DNA of 64,000 nt from an uncultured Clostridia bacterium. Lineage in GTDB: Bacteria > Bacillota > Clostridia > RUG12999. Where the stretch lies: the NCBI GenBank assembly GCA_946555455.1, contig CAMNSU010000008.1:226-64225 (forward strand). Direction: 5' to 3'. Positions 28,957 through 38,447 of the stretch are shown one piece after another; within the stretch, counting starts at the first letter, position 1, and the number at the start of each line of letters is the position of its first letter. The notes under the pieces are model-generated. The model saw only the letters and a list, made by a program, of their open reading frames with translations. It was not told where the DNA came from and did no database searches. The translations under genes and the position numbers were made by a program.

Positions 28957-29182
28957 TGTCTACTTTTGCTTTTGATATATTAACAGGTTTCAGAACAAGA
29001 TTTCAGTAAATATAGGCATTGTAAGAGACTAAAGATTTGTGTCCACTTTCAAAAACGAATTTCGGCAAAAAATATCGCTGATGTCTACTTTTGAAAAAGG
29101 TTACTTCTAAATAATGTCTTCCATGTCTACTTTCAAAAAAGAAAATTAAAAAATTTATATTTTTTATGTCTATTTTTATTGA
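28957..29182. repeat. Phased TGTCTACTTT motif array with ~42-bp period
   Basis: Copies start at 28957, 29040, 29082, 29124 and 29167 (spacings 83, 42, 42, 43). Confidence 0.8.
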
Positions 29183-29259
29183 CAAGTACATGATGCTATT
29201 ATAAAATCTTGTTTTTGTGAAATAATATACTTGCAATAACATCGATTTCGTGTTATAAT
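29179..29259 (+). promoter_or_regulatory. Two tandem sigma-A promoters upstream of the AAA gene
   Basis: TTGACA-17-TAAAAT (29179-29207) and TTGCAA-17-TATAAT with TG extension (29231-29259). Confidence 0.75.
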
Positions 29260-29297
29260 ATTATTATGCAAATCTCGTTTTCGTGCAGGAGGCTGTT

Positions 29298-30650
29298 ATG
29301 AAAAGAAAAATTTATGATAAATTATTGGCTTGGAAAAGTACTTCAAATGGCGATACCGCGCTTTTGATTGATGGCGCTCGCCGTGTTGGTAAGAGTTATA
29401 TTGCCGAAGATTTTGCAAAAAAAAATTATAAATCATATATTCTTATTGACTTTAACAAAGTGAATGAAGATGTATGCAATTTATTTGTTAATTATCTTGA
29501 CGATTTAGATACCCTTTTTATGTATTTATCAAGTTATTATAATATCAAACTGTATGACCGTGAAAGTGTTATTATCTTTGATGAAGTGCAAATGTTCCCC
29601 AAGGCAAGGGCTGCTATAAAATATTTAGTTGCAGACGGAAGATATCATTATATAGAAACCGGCTCTTTAATGTCAATCCGCAAAAATGTAAAGGATATTA
29701 CTATTCCATCAGAAGAAAGACATATTCGCATGTACCCAATGGATTTCGAAGAATTTTTATGGGCAATGGATAATGAAATGCTAATGCCTATTATACGAGA
29801 TTGTTTTGAAAGAAAAAAGTCTATGGGACAAATGTTCCACCGCAAAGCTATGGATTATTTCCGTCAGTATATGATTGTAGGCGGTATGCCTCAGGCTGTA
29901 GAGAAATATACCAAAACCAGAGATTTTGAGGCTGTTGATGCTGTTAAACGCGATATTTTGACACTATATCGTGAAGATATTATGAAGCATTCTGATGGTA
30001 ATGAACTCGAAATCGAAGCAATTTTCGATGAAATTCCGGCACAGCTTTCCAAGCATGAAAAGAAATTTAAGTTGAGTGACATAAAACCCTCTGCAAGAAT
30101 GCGAGAATATAAGCAACCTTTTTATTGGCTTGATGATGCAATGATTGTTAATACCTGTTACAATTCTTCAGAACCTAATATTGGTTTAAAAATGAATATG
30201 GAACGAAAAACTTTAAAATGTTATATGGCTGATACAGGTCTTCTGATAAGCCATGCGTTTGATGAAAATGGAATTGTTAATGAAGAAATATATAAAAAAT
30301 TGCTCTTTGATAAGCTATCTGTAAATTCAGGAATGCTTATGGAAAATATCGTAGCACAAATGTTAACCGCCGCAGGTCACAAATTATATTTCTTTTCTAA
30401 ATCTTCAAGAGAGAACGCCGAAGACAGAATGGAAATAGATTTTTTAATTGCGAAAAGTAAAATAACAAATAGACACAACATTTCACCTATCGAAGTGAAA
30501 TCGGGTGACAGATATACTCTTTCATCTATTAAAAAGTTTATGAAAAAATATAAAGAGCAGACTAATATTCCGTATATTCTTCATACCAAAGATTTAAAAG
30601 AAGAAAATGGCGTTACTTATTTGCCGTTGTACATGACAATGTTGTTGTAA
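29298..30650 (+). CDS. AAA+ ATPase with DUF4143 domain
   Basis: Walker A GARRVGKS, Walker B IIFDEVQ, GGMPQ, YMADTGLL and C-terminal EIDFLI...PIEVKSG. RBS AGGAGG. Confidence 0.93.
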   Translation: MKRKIYDKLLAWKSTSNGDTALLIDGARRVGKSYIAEDFAKKNYKSYILIDFNKVNEDVCNLFVNYLDDLDTLFMYLSSYYNIKLYDRESVIIFDEVQMFPKARAAIKYLVADGRYHYIETGSLMSIRKNVKDITIPSEERHIRMYPMDFEEFLWAMDNEMLMPIIRDCFERKKSMGQMFHRKAMDYFRQYMIVGGMPQAVEKYTKTRDFEAVDAVKRDILTLYREDIMKHSDGNELEIEAIFDEIPAQLSKHEKKFKLSDIKPSARMREYKQPFYWLDDAMIVNTCYNSSEPNIGLKMNMERKTLKCYMADTGLLISHAFDENGIVNEEIYKKLLFDKLSVNSGMLMENIVAQMLTAAGHKLYFFSKSSRENAEDRMEIDFLIAKSKITNRHNISPIEVKSGDRYTLSSIKKFMKKYKEQTNIPYILHTKDLKEENGVTYLPLYMTMLL

Positions 30651-30881
30651 ATCTTTTCTTTGTTTCATGCATATCAAATTTTGTTTTAAAATAATGTTCT
30701 TGTAAGGGAAAATTTTCAACGTCATCACCAACGCATCAAAGTGCACAGAAATCAATTTATGTGGGCTTATAAACGGTTCAATGGTGGATATTATAAATTA
30801 GATTATCCCAATCAGACACTATCTCTAAAACAACGTTCCGGGTAGCGGTGACCGGGGTGAATACAGCGTATTGCCGCTGGC

Positions 30882-30934
30882 GCGTCAGACGAAATTGTCA
30901 GGCTAATAAGCCGTCAGACAATTTTGTCTGACGC
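30882..30934. other. Long intergenic hairpin
   Basis: 18-bp stem GCGTCAGACGAAATTGTC/GACAATTTTGTCTGACGC (one G-T pair) with an inner GGCT-aata-AGCC stem. Confidence 0.6.
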
Positions 30935-30978
30935 AATCATGGGCTGCTATGCCGCTTTGAATTCTTTTTCCCCTCCGC

Positions 30979-31023
30979 CTTCAAAAAACGGCTTAAACCT
31001 TGAATTTAAGCCGTTTTTTGAAG
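30979..31023. terminator. Bidirectional terminator between convergent genes
   Basis: Perfect 19-bp inverted repeat CTTCAAAAAACGGCTTAAA-7 nt-TTTAAGCCGTTTTTTGAAG. Confidence 0.8.
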
Positions 31024-31263
31024 GATGTGCTTGATGAAATTATAACGCCATACAATCCAAATTTTGATATTTTCATTGGATTTTCTTAGCTTTTCCTGCA
31101 CGTTATGACATACTATTGCCAAACAATCATCAAAACCATTTTTACAATCAAGTGCAATATAGTATCTTATGCCAAAATTCAACTTCTCAAACCACTTATG
31201 CATCACAGCAATTTCACCATCTTATTTTGCTAAAACATTTCATAAATAGTCTTCCCGCAGCAT

Positions 31264-32541
31264 TTATATTCCGACAATTTCCCGCACTTGTTTTGCCTGC
31301 ACTTCCCGCAGCTCACAGTTTTCTCTTACAGCAATTGCTGCTGCTGCGCCCGCTGCATGACCGATTGCCACACAAATCGGCATCGCTCTAAAATTAGAAT
31401 GTGCAATATGTGTCCCTGATATATTTCTGCCTGACAGCAGCAATCCATCAATTTTCTCCGGCACAAGACATCCGTACGGTATGGTATAACCGTTCTCCTG
31501 CTTAAATTCATCTTGCGCACCGGTTTCATCAAGACCAGCCCCGCTGATGTTATGTACATCAAAATTAAAGTGCGCGTCCTTCACAACATAATCCTCAAAG
31601 ATACGCGCTTCTGAGATGTCTCGTTCCGTGATGGTATCAACACCTTTGAAATGCCGTGTTTCACGGATTCCGATAAGAGATGCCGATGAGATAATATAGC
31701 AATTCTCGTATCCCGGTGCATATTCTCTTAAAAATGCAACAATTTTATCCATTTGATTTCTGCAAACAATCGTCCCCGCTGTAAGGTCTTCCGCTTTCGT
31801 TCCGTCCACATCAAGGCAATTTGTCATGTTGCAGGTAACCACTCCGGGTAGGGTGGTTCGATACAAAAGCACATGTCCTGCCGGCGCGCCAATGATTTCT
31901 TTACCCAACGCTTGCAATTCTCCGTTCTCTGTTGGAACAAGCGTTTCAAAAGAACCTGGGAACACCGCGCGGCTGTAATCCACTCCGCCGACTTTGAACA
32001 TAATGGTGCAGGGCTGCATTTTATTATCGCTTTCCCGTCCAAGCATAAACTCCGCACCCGCTTTATATGCCACGTCTCCATCCCCCGATGCATCAACCAC
32101 ACAATGCGCAAAAATTGCACTTCTTCCTGTTTTATTTTCTATAATAACACCCTTTACGGCATCCCCCTCCATAATCACATCACTGAAAAACGTATAGAGC
32201 AAAACTTCAACCTTTGCCTCCTGCATCATTTCAAGGTATAAAGTCTTTAATTTTTCAGGATCAATAGTTATAGTGATAACCCCTTTGTGCTCTCCCTCAT
32301 TACGTTCCGCACTGCGCATCAATATCTCATGATAGATTTTATCGTCCACATTTCCTGTCCAGTGACTCATCATTCCCGCTGTAGCAATACCGCCGAGTGC
32401 TCCGCATTGTTCAATCAACACAACGCTGCATCCGTTCCGCGCCGCCGCAAGCGCCGCTCCAATACCGGCGGGACCGGAACTCACAACCACTACATCTACT
32501 CGTTTCGCTCGTAATTCCCTTGCTTTTTCTTGATATGTCAT
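31264..32541 (-). CDS. FAD-dependent oxidoreductase (FAD_oxidored-like family)
   Basis: N-terminal Rossmann strand DVVVVSSGPAG, LGGIAT, VVDASGDGD, GIRETR and IPYGCLVP...GRNISG motifs. Confidence 0.88.
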   Translation of the reverse strand: MTYQEKARELRAKRVDVVVVSSGPAGIGAALAAARNGCSVVLIEQCGALGGIATAGMMSHWTGNVDDKIYHEILMRSAERNEGEHKGVITITIDPEKLKTLYLEMMQEAKVEVLLYTFFSDVIMEGDAVKGVIIENKTGRSAIFAHCVVDASGDGDVAYKAGAEFMLGRESDNKMQPCTIMFKVGGVDYSRAVFPGSFETLVPTENGELQALGKEIIGAPAGHVLLYRTTLPGVVTCNMTNCLDVDGTKAEDLTAGTIVCRNQMDKIVAFLREYAPGYENCYIISSASLIGIRETRHFKGVDTITERDISEARIFEDYVVKDAHFNFDVHNISGAGLDETGAQDEFKQENGYTIPYGCLVPEKIDGLLLSGRNISGTHIAHSNFRAMPICVAIGHAAGAAAAIAVRENCELREVQAKQVREIVGI

Positions 32542-32603
32542 GTGACATCCCTCCTATAAAATAATCGGCGTTTTTGTTTTACTGTCTCTGTGTTCGTCTT
32601 AAA

Positions 32604-34331
32604 TTAAGCCATTTCCGCCAAGCTATCTAAAATCGGCGTTTCGGAGAACTCCATATATCCATCTTCCCCATACAAATCAACAACAGCAATTTCGTTTTTT
32701 CCCTTTCTTAAAATCCCCTTGGGCACGTACAAGGTCTGCTGTGGACCTATGTAATAATATCTTCCTAAATTAAATCCATTCATGAATACAACACCCCGCC
32801 GGAAACCGCACGGTTTTATAAATGTGCTGCATAGTTTATCGGCTTCAAAACTGCCGCAATATACAGTTGGCATACCGCGCCTTGCCCCCTCCGATATATT
32901 AGGAATATGGTGAAACGGCAGGGTATTGATTCGATAGCCCTTTACCTCTCTGCCGCCGATTTTTATATTCTCAAGCAATCCTTTTTTATCATATACACGC
33001 GCGCCATAGTTGATACGTCCTGCATTTTCCACCAGCAGCTTTAATGACTTTACGCCGCTTACCGTTATAGTTTTATAATCTGTTCCGCGCACATATTCGC
33101 CAATCCGTTGATTATCTGCATATATCATAATTCTATCGTGCGGCTCACCAACCTCCAGTTCCCCGTCAAAGCCTTCAACATTTACCTCGTATAAAATATA
33201 TCCGTATGCTTGCCCTAACGCCTCCATATTGACAGCGTTCTCATTCTCAAACGCAGAACCCAACTCATTAAGGTTATTGAATATATCATACTTTTTAAAT
33301 TCAGTTACCGTTTGGTATATCGTTTTCCTTCCATTTTCCATTACGCTGCCGGAGCCTGTCAGCAATTTTTTCAGCAACCGGTATTGCTCGGTAATATCTC
33401 CGCTTTCCGAAAGCGCTGCTCCATAGTCATAGCTTGTTATGCATGGTTCAAAAGTTGGATTGCAATTAGAACCGTTTTGAAATCCAAAATTTGTACCACC
33501 GCTGAACATATAAATATTAAAACCACCGCCCATCTCCAAAATGCGCTTAATTTCTGCTACCGGCTCCTCGGGATTTCTAGTATGATGCGGCGTTCCCCAC
33601 TGGTCAAACCACCCGTTCCAAAACTCCATACATACCTTGGGCTGGTTCGGACGCAGAGTATCCAATTTGTCAAAAGCCGTTTCCATATTCGAGCCGCAGT
33701 TTACCGTCATAAGCGCATCACCAATGCTGCCTCGCTCCAAATCATCGTTCCAATAACCGTCGGAAGTGAACAACAAAACATCACAGCCTAATTCCCGCAA
33801 AAGATTTTTAAGATATTCTAAATATCCTTTATCATTTTTCGGATATGCACCAAATTCATTTTCCACTTGCACAGCAATGATATTGCCGCCATTTGTGGTT
33901 AAATGCGGTTTAATAATCTCCATCACTTTAATAAAATAGTTTCTGACAAGGGACACATAAACCTTGTTATATGTACGCAGTTCCAGCCCTTCCATATTCA
34001 GCAGCCAATACGGAAACCCTCCCATTTCCCACTCGGCACAAATATATGGTCCGGGACGAACAATCATACATAAATCCAGTTCCTCTGCAAGCGCGATAAA
34101 TTGTTTCAAATCCGCCATGCCTTCAAAGCAAAATCCACCCTGTTCCGGCTCATGGACATTCCACGGTATATATGTTTCCACCGTATTTAATCCGCAGTCC
34201 TTCAACTTTTCCAAACGCTCCCGCCATTCCGACGGATGGATCCTGAAATAGTGAATTGTCCCCGATTTTAAGACAAAATTCTCTTCACCAAGATATAATT
34301 GATTTCCCCTGATGGTTAAATTTTCTTTCAT
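32604..34331 (-). CDS. GH35 beta-galactosidase
   Basis: HYFR, TYIPWNVHEP, RPGPYICAEW, acid/base QVENEFG, nucleophile MEFWNGWF and YMFSGGTNFG motifs. Confidence 0.95.
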   Translation of the reverse strand: MKENLTIRGNQLYLGEENFVLKSGTIHYFRIHPSEWRERLEKLKDCGLNTVETYIPWNVHEPEQGGFCFEGMADLKQFIALAEELDLCMIVRPGPYICAEWEMGGFPYWLLNMEGLELRTYNKVYVSLVRNYFIKVMEIIKPHLTTNGGNIIAVQVENEFGAYPKNDKGYLEYLKNLLRELGCDVLLFTSDGYWNDDLERGSIGDALMTVNCGSNMETAFDKLDTLRPNQPKVCMEFWNGWFDQWGTPHHTRNPEEPVAEIKRILEMGGGFNIYMFSGGTNFGFQNGSNCNPTFEPCITSYDYGAALSESGDITEQYRLLKKLLTGSGSVMENGRKTIYQTVTEFKKYDIFNNLNELGSAFENENAVNMEALGQAYGYILYEVNVEGFDGELEVGEPHDRIMIYADNQRIGEYVRGTDYKTITVSGVKSLKLLVENAGRINYGARVYDKKGLLENIKIGGREVKGYRINTLPFHHIPNISEGARRGMPTVYCGSFEADKLCSTFIKPCGFRRGVVFMNGFNLGRYYYIGPQQTLYVPKGILRKGKNEIAVVDLYGEDGYMEFSETPILDSLAEMA

Positions 34332-34353
34332 ATCATTATCTCCCTTGCTGCTT

Positions 34354-36069
34354 TTAAATCGTTTTTACTGCCACGACACCCGATACAGGAACAGGAAACT
34401 TTTCAACCTGCTGCTGTACAACGCCTCTTTCTATCAACCGTCCCATACAGTTATAAATATCAAAGGAATATTTCTTTTCCCCCGTTTCCAAATACAATCC
34501 GGCTGTACCTGTTCCGTTTATAAATACCGCATCATTTACTTGACTGTCAAGCCGCAGAAGTTTGTCGCCATAAGCCGCCGCCACAACATGCCCGTCTTTC
34601 TGCGCATATACCAAGGTATAATTCGCTTCCGGATGGAGCGCATGAATTGTGCCCTCTGTGATGGTTTTCCTGTTGCGTTTCCACAGCGCGAGGTAAAAAC
34701 GGAGCATGGCATAATGTTTTTCAGACAGTTCATTGATTCGTACGGAAATCTGCGGAACAGAAAACAAAATATTAATAAACTGATTTGCCGCTGATTCCAC
34801 GCTATCCTCATAATTCCACATCAGCATATCCGAATGTACTGCCGCCTGTGCGGAAGTCAGGCGCAGATTTACCGTTCGGATACGGTTGGTCACCGCGTCC
34901 ATTGGGCAGTCCGCCGCTCTGAGCATGTTTCCGTAGGTAAGCATTACAGGTCCAACATATTTCTGGCGGAACTCGATTAATATTTCCGGATTGATTGCTG
35001 TCAACCGCATATATATTTCCTTCAGCAATACACGTACAGCCTTTTCTACTGACAATATATCCATATCCGAATGAGATATACAGCTCTCCTGCTCAAACAT
35101 GAACCAGTCAATAAAATCCAATTTCAGTCCATCCAGCCCCCATTCCCTGACCGCCTGCTCATAGACAGAAACCAAATATTCTCTCACCTGTGGGTAGCGT
35201 GGGTCGAGCGTACCGTATTCCCCATTCGTATCATATAACATATTGCCGCTAAATCGTTCCCATACCTCCGAATATCTTCCTACGAAAGGCACACTGTACC
35301 ATAGCATGACTTTCATGCCAATTGTATGTACTTCGCTCACAAATGCTTTGATGTCCGGAATTTTACTTTTTGCCACCTTCCATGTCCCACAGTATGCATA
35401 TCCGCGGCTGTTGTCATCTGTTTGCCAGCCATCATCTATGATAACCGTTTTCATCCCCAATTCCGCTGCTGCTTTCAATTCATCTGTCAGTCTCGGCGAA
35501 AGTTGTTGATGATACGAATACCATGTGGAATATACCGGCTCAAATGCGTATGGATTTATCTTGGGAGGATATTCCTTTTGCCAGAGCGCAGCAGTTTCTC
35601 TTATCATTGTTTCATAAGGGATTCTGCGTTCGTCTATCCGCAAAACAGTACGATATTTTGTCATCATTTCAGTTCGCTCAGAAAACAACACAAGTTCCCA
35701 CGCAAGCTCTCCTGTTTCCTCAACTACGCCCGAACGTATTGTCATTGGTGTTTGCACATCGTCCGCCGATACCGTAACCACATTTTCTCCGCCGGCGGAA
35801 ATGTAACACTGCATCGGCATTCCGCAGGCGGAACGCGATACCGCTTCGGATTTTTGCCAATTGGGGCTAAGTCCATGCATATAAACCTCCAAAGGACTCC
35901 ATGCCATATAGCTGCCTGCTGCGCTTGTGTTCCATTTAATTTTTGTCTTTTCAGGTATAACAGCTTGCTTAAAATTTAATATTATTTCTATCTCGGTAAT
36001 TTCATTTGCCACAGATGAAACATTTAATATCAGCGTATCGCTTGATTTTGTGTGCAATGTAATACTCAT
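34354..36069 (-). CDS. GH36 alpha-galactosidase-like glycosidase (paralog of 3902-5656)
   Basis: WYSYHQ, IDDGWQTDD, GLKLDFID and EFRQKY motifs. Confidence 0.85.
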   Translation of the reverse strand: MSITLHTKSSDTLILNVSSVANEITEIEIILNFKQAVIPEKTKIKWNTSAAGSYMAWSPLEVYMHGLSPNWQKSEAVSRSACGMPMQCYISAGGENVVTVSADDVQTPMTIRSGVVEETGELAWELVLFSERTEMMTKYRTVLRIDERRIPYETMIRETAALWQKEYPPKINPYAFEPVYSTWYSYHQQLSPRLTDELKAAAELGMKTVIIDDGWQTDDNSRGYAYCGTWKVAKSKIPDIKAFVSEVHTIGMKVMLWYSVPFVGRYSEVWERFSGNMLYDTNGEYGTLDPRYPQVREYLVSVYEQAVREWGLDGLKLDFIDWFMFEQESCISHSDMDILSVEKAVRVLLKEIYMRLTAINPEILIEFRQKYVGPVMLTYGNMLRAADCPMDAVTNRIRTVNLRLTSAQAAVHSDMLMWNYEDSVESAANQFINILFSVPQISVRINELSEKHYAMLRFYLALWKRNRKTITEGTIHALHPEANYTLVYAQKDGHVVAAAYGDKLLRLDSQVNDAVFINGTGTAGLYLETGEKKYSFDIYNCMGRLIERGVVQQQVEKFPVPVSGVVAVKTI

Positions 36070-36085
36070 ATTTTACTCCGTTCTA

Positions 36086-38347
36086 TTAATTATTCAAAGT
36101 ATCTCTATATTTGCTAGGCGTTACACCCTCGTTCTTTTTGAATATTTTCCCAAAATACAACGGATCGGTAAATCCTGCTTTCACTGCAATCGTACTAATC
36201 GTCAGATTCGTATTAAGCAGCATTTGTTTCGCATAATCTACTCGTTTCTGCGTGATGTATTTTGTCAGCGTAGTATTTTTATGTTTTTTGAAATACGCCT
36301 GCATATAAGAGGTGGATATCTGCATGTTATCTGCAATCTCCGTGACGCTGAGACTACTCTCCGCAAAATGTTCGTCAATATATGCTTCAATCCGGTTTAA
36401 AAGTCGCAAATCACCTTTGTTATTAATCTTCATAATTTCACAAAGCTCTCTAAATTTATTTTTCAACGCATTGATATTTTCTATAAACTGCATATCCTTA
36501 TCATATCTCGGAATATTGATAATGGAATGCGTAGTAATATATTTGGTGGAAATATGAATCAAAACGCCGAATATATTATAGTAAAGGCATTCCCCAAGCA
36601 TTGCTACATCACTTGGTTTTTTAATATTAAGTTGTATAATTTCGTCAATCGTACTTTCTATACTGCTATAATCTCCTCTGTTTACATATTCTAACAGCAT
36701 ATCTCTTAAATCAGACGGCCAATAATACCAGTTATCTTGTGTCAGTTCCGCATCGTTTATTCTGTCATAACGAATTACACTTAAATTTTCATCATCATTG
36801 AGCGAGCGAAAATCAATTGCCGCTTTTGCCTCTTTATAACATAGCGCCACCTTTTTTTCGCCTTTATGTGCACCGCCTATTGCAGTAATCAGTGTGGCGT
36901 TCAGCCTTGCTTCTATAATATTTAAAATTGCGTCTACATTCTCTTGTATTGCTCGAATCATCTCTTCATATTGAGATTCTTTAAAATTGAAGATTATAAC
37001 AATATCACTTTTGTTTATTTCAACGATTTCACATTTTTCAAATTTCCCGAAAAACTCTTTCAGTATGTTCAGCACAGTATATTTTACAAACTGCTTTTCG
37101 CTTTCATCCTTAAACTCATCCAAACTCATGACACGGACAACAGAAGTTAAAAAATACTCATGTTCCCATTCAACATTCCCCATTTCACCGGACAAATGGG
37201 TACCGAACAATAACTCTTTTACTGCACTGTTCTTTTTATACTGATCAATGCGTTCCATCTGCCCCGCATAAATATTTTCCTTTTCCACCAACTCATCAAT
37301 TTTTGTTGTAATAAAATCAAGTTCAGAATTACTTTTGTCTGATTCAAAATCATTCCGCCCAATTTTGTTCATAATAATTTTTATCGGTTTGTATGACAGG
37401 CTAATTGAAATGTACAAATATCCCATCACTAAAAATAAGTACAATACAATTAAAAAAATCCCTGTATACATAAATGAATTTACATTATGCAATATTAAAT
37501 TCTTACTTACTCCCACACAATAAATTAAATTAAAATTATTTGACGTTTTATATATGACATAATCTCCGTTATAGGAAACCGTTTGTTCATTATCCGGCAG
37601 CACATCTTTGGGGTTAAATATAAAATTGCTGTCGCCCGTTCTGTATATCGCTTCTCCATCCGTATCGGCAATTAAAAAATTACTGCCAATATCCTTATCA
37701 ATCCCGCCTATCAGCTTCTCAATTTCGTCCAGATTAACCGTCATGAGGATGTGTATTTTCGGAACGTCCTGCAATGTAGAATACAGCGTCTTTTTATAAA
37801 TCATCACACTTTGACTGATGGTATCGGAAATTTTGATTTTTTGTGTTGGATAAAACTCGCGGTATTTTGGTCTGAGTAAATACTCATTTTTCCAATTTTC
37901 ATAGGTTTGCCCTATGATAGGGCATTGCGTTTCAAAATATACTTCCGGTTTTGTAATGTTTCTTGACGATATAATCAGTTCCTCATCTTCAAAATATATC
38001 CAAATATCATCCAACAAGTTCATGTTGTCTCTTAATTGATTCAACAACTGCATAATATCCCGCTTATCCTGCATGTCAATCGCAGAGTCTTTCAACTTTT
38101 TTTGAATAATACTGTTAGTCTCAATATAATATTCGATATAATGTGCTTCGTTTAATTCACTATCAATCTTATTTTGCATCAGTTTCACAATACTCTCGTT
38201 ATATTTCAGCGTATTTGCCGCATTGTCCCTGTTAATTTTTTGATAGTACCATATACCTGTCACAAGAGAGAATACAATAAAGATAAACGATAATCCAATT
38301 AAAATATAATAGTTTTTCTTTTTCCGCAAATCCTGTTTTAACGTCAT
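36086..38347 (-). CDS. Membrane-spanning AraC-family regulator (YesS-like one-component sensor)
   Basis: Two TM helices around an extracellular domain, and a C-terminal AraC HTH (AGFTDPLYFGKIFKKNEGVTPSKYR). Confidence 0.9.
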   Translation of the reverse strand: MTLKQDLRKKKNYYILIGLSFIFIVFSLVTGIWYYQKINRDNAANTLKYNESIVKLMQNKIDSELNEAHYIEYYIETNSIIQKKLKDSAIDMQDKRDIMQLLNQLRDNMNLLDDIWIYFEDEELIISSRNITKPEVYFETQCPIIGQTYENWKNEYLLRPKYREFYPTQKIKISDTISQSVMIYKKTLYSTLQDVPKIHILMTVNLDEIEKLIGGIDKDIGSNFLIADTDGEAIYRTGDSNFIFNPKDVLPDNEQTVSYNGDYVIYKTSNNFNLIYCVGVSKNLILHNVNSFMYTGIFLIVLYLFLVMGYLYISISLSYKPIKIIMNKIGRNDFESDKSNSELDFITTKIDELVEKENIYAGQMERIDQYKKNSAVKELLFGTHLSGEMGNVEWEHEYFLTSVVRVMSLDEFKDESEKQFVKYTVLNILKEFFGKFEKCEIVEINKSDIVIIFNFKESQYEEMIRAIQENVDAILNIIEARLNATLITAIGGAHKGEKKVALCYKEAKAAIDFRSLNDDENLSVIRYDRINDAELTQDNWYYWPSDLRDMLLEYVNRGDYSSIESTIDEIIQLNIKKPSDVAMLGECLYYNIFGVLIHISTKYITTHSIINIPRYDKDMQFIENINALKNKFRELCEIMKINNKGDLRLLNRIEAYIDEHFAESSLSVTEIADNMQISTSYMQAYFKKHKNTTLTKYITQKRVDYAKQMLLNTNLTISTIAVKAGFTDPLYFGKIFKKNEGVTPSKYRDTLNN

Positions 38348-38386
38348 GCCCGTTCCCCCTTGTATTTTTCTTATTTATAATTAGCA

Positions 38387-38427
38387 TAAGACAGACAGGT
38401 ACTATTTTTCTTTACCTATCTGTCTTA
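38387..38427 (-). terminator. Intergenic hairpin upstream of the AraC gene
   Basis: TAAGACAGACAGGTA / TACCTATCTGTCTTA, 14/15 complementary. Confidence 0.5.
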
Positions 38428-38447
38428 CGCTTAGTATTTCTTCCCGT

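Noticed and set aside
28957-29182. 42-bp periodic array as a CRISPR array
   Set aside because: The conserved part is only ~11-16 nt and degenerate, the spacers are low-complexity, one unit is missing, and no cas gene is present in the window.
29003-29242. 79-aa minus-strand ORF with a 14-aa FESRH periodicity
   Set aside because: It is a by-product of the 42-bp DNA repeat, overlaps two strong plus-strand promoters and has no RBS.
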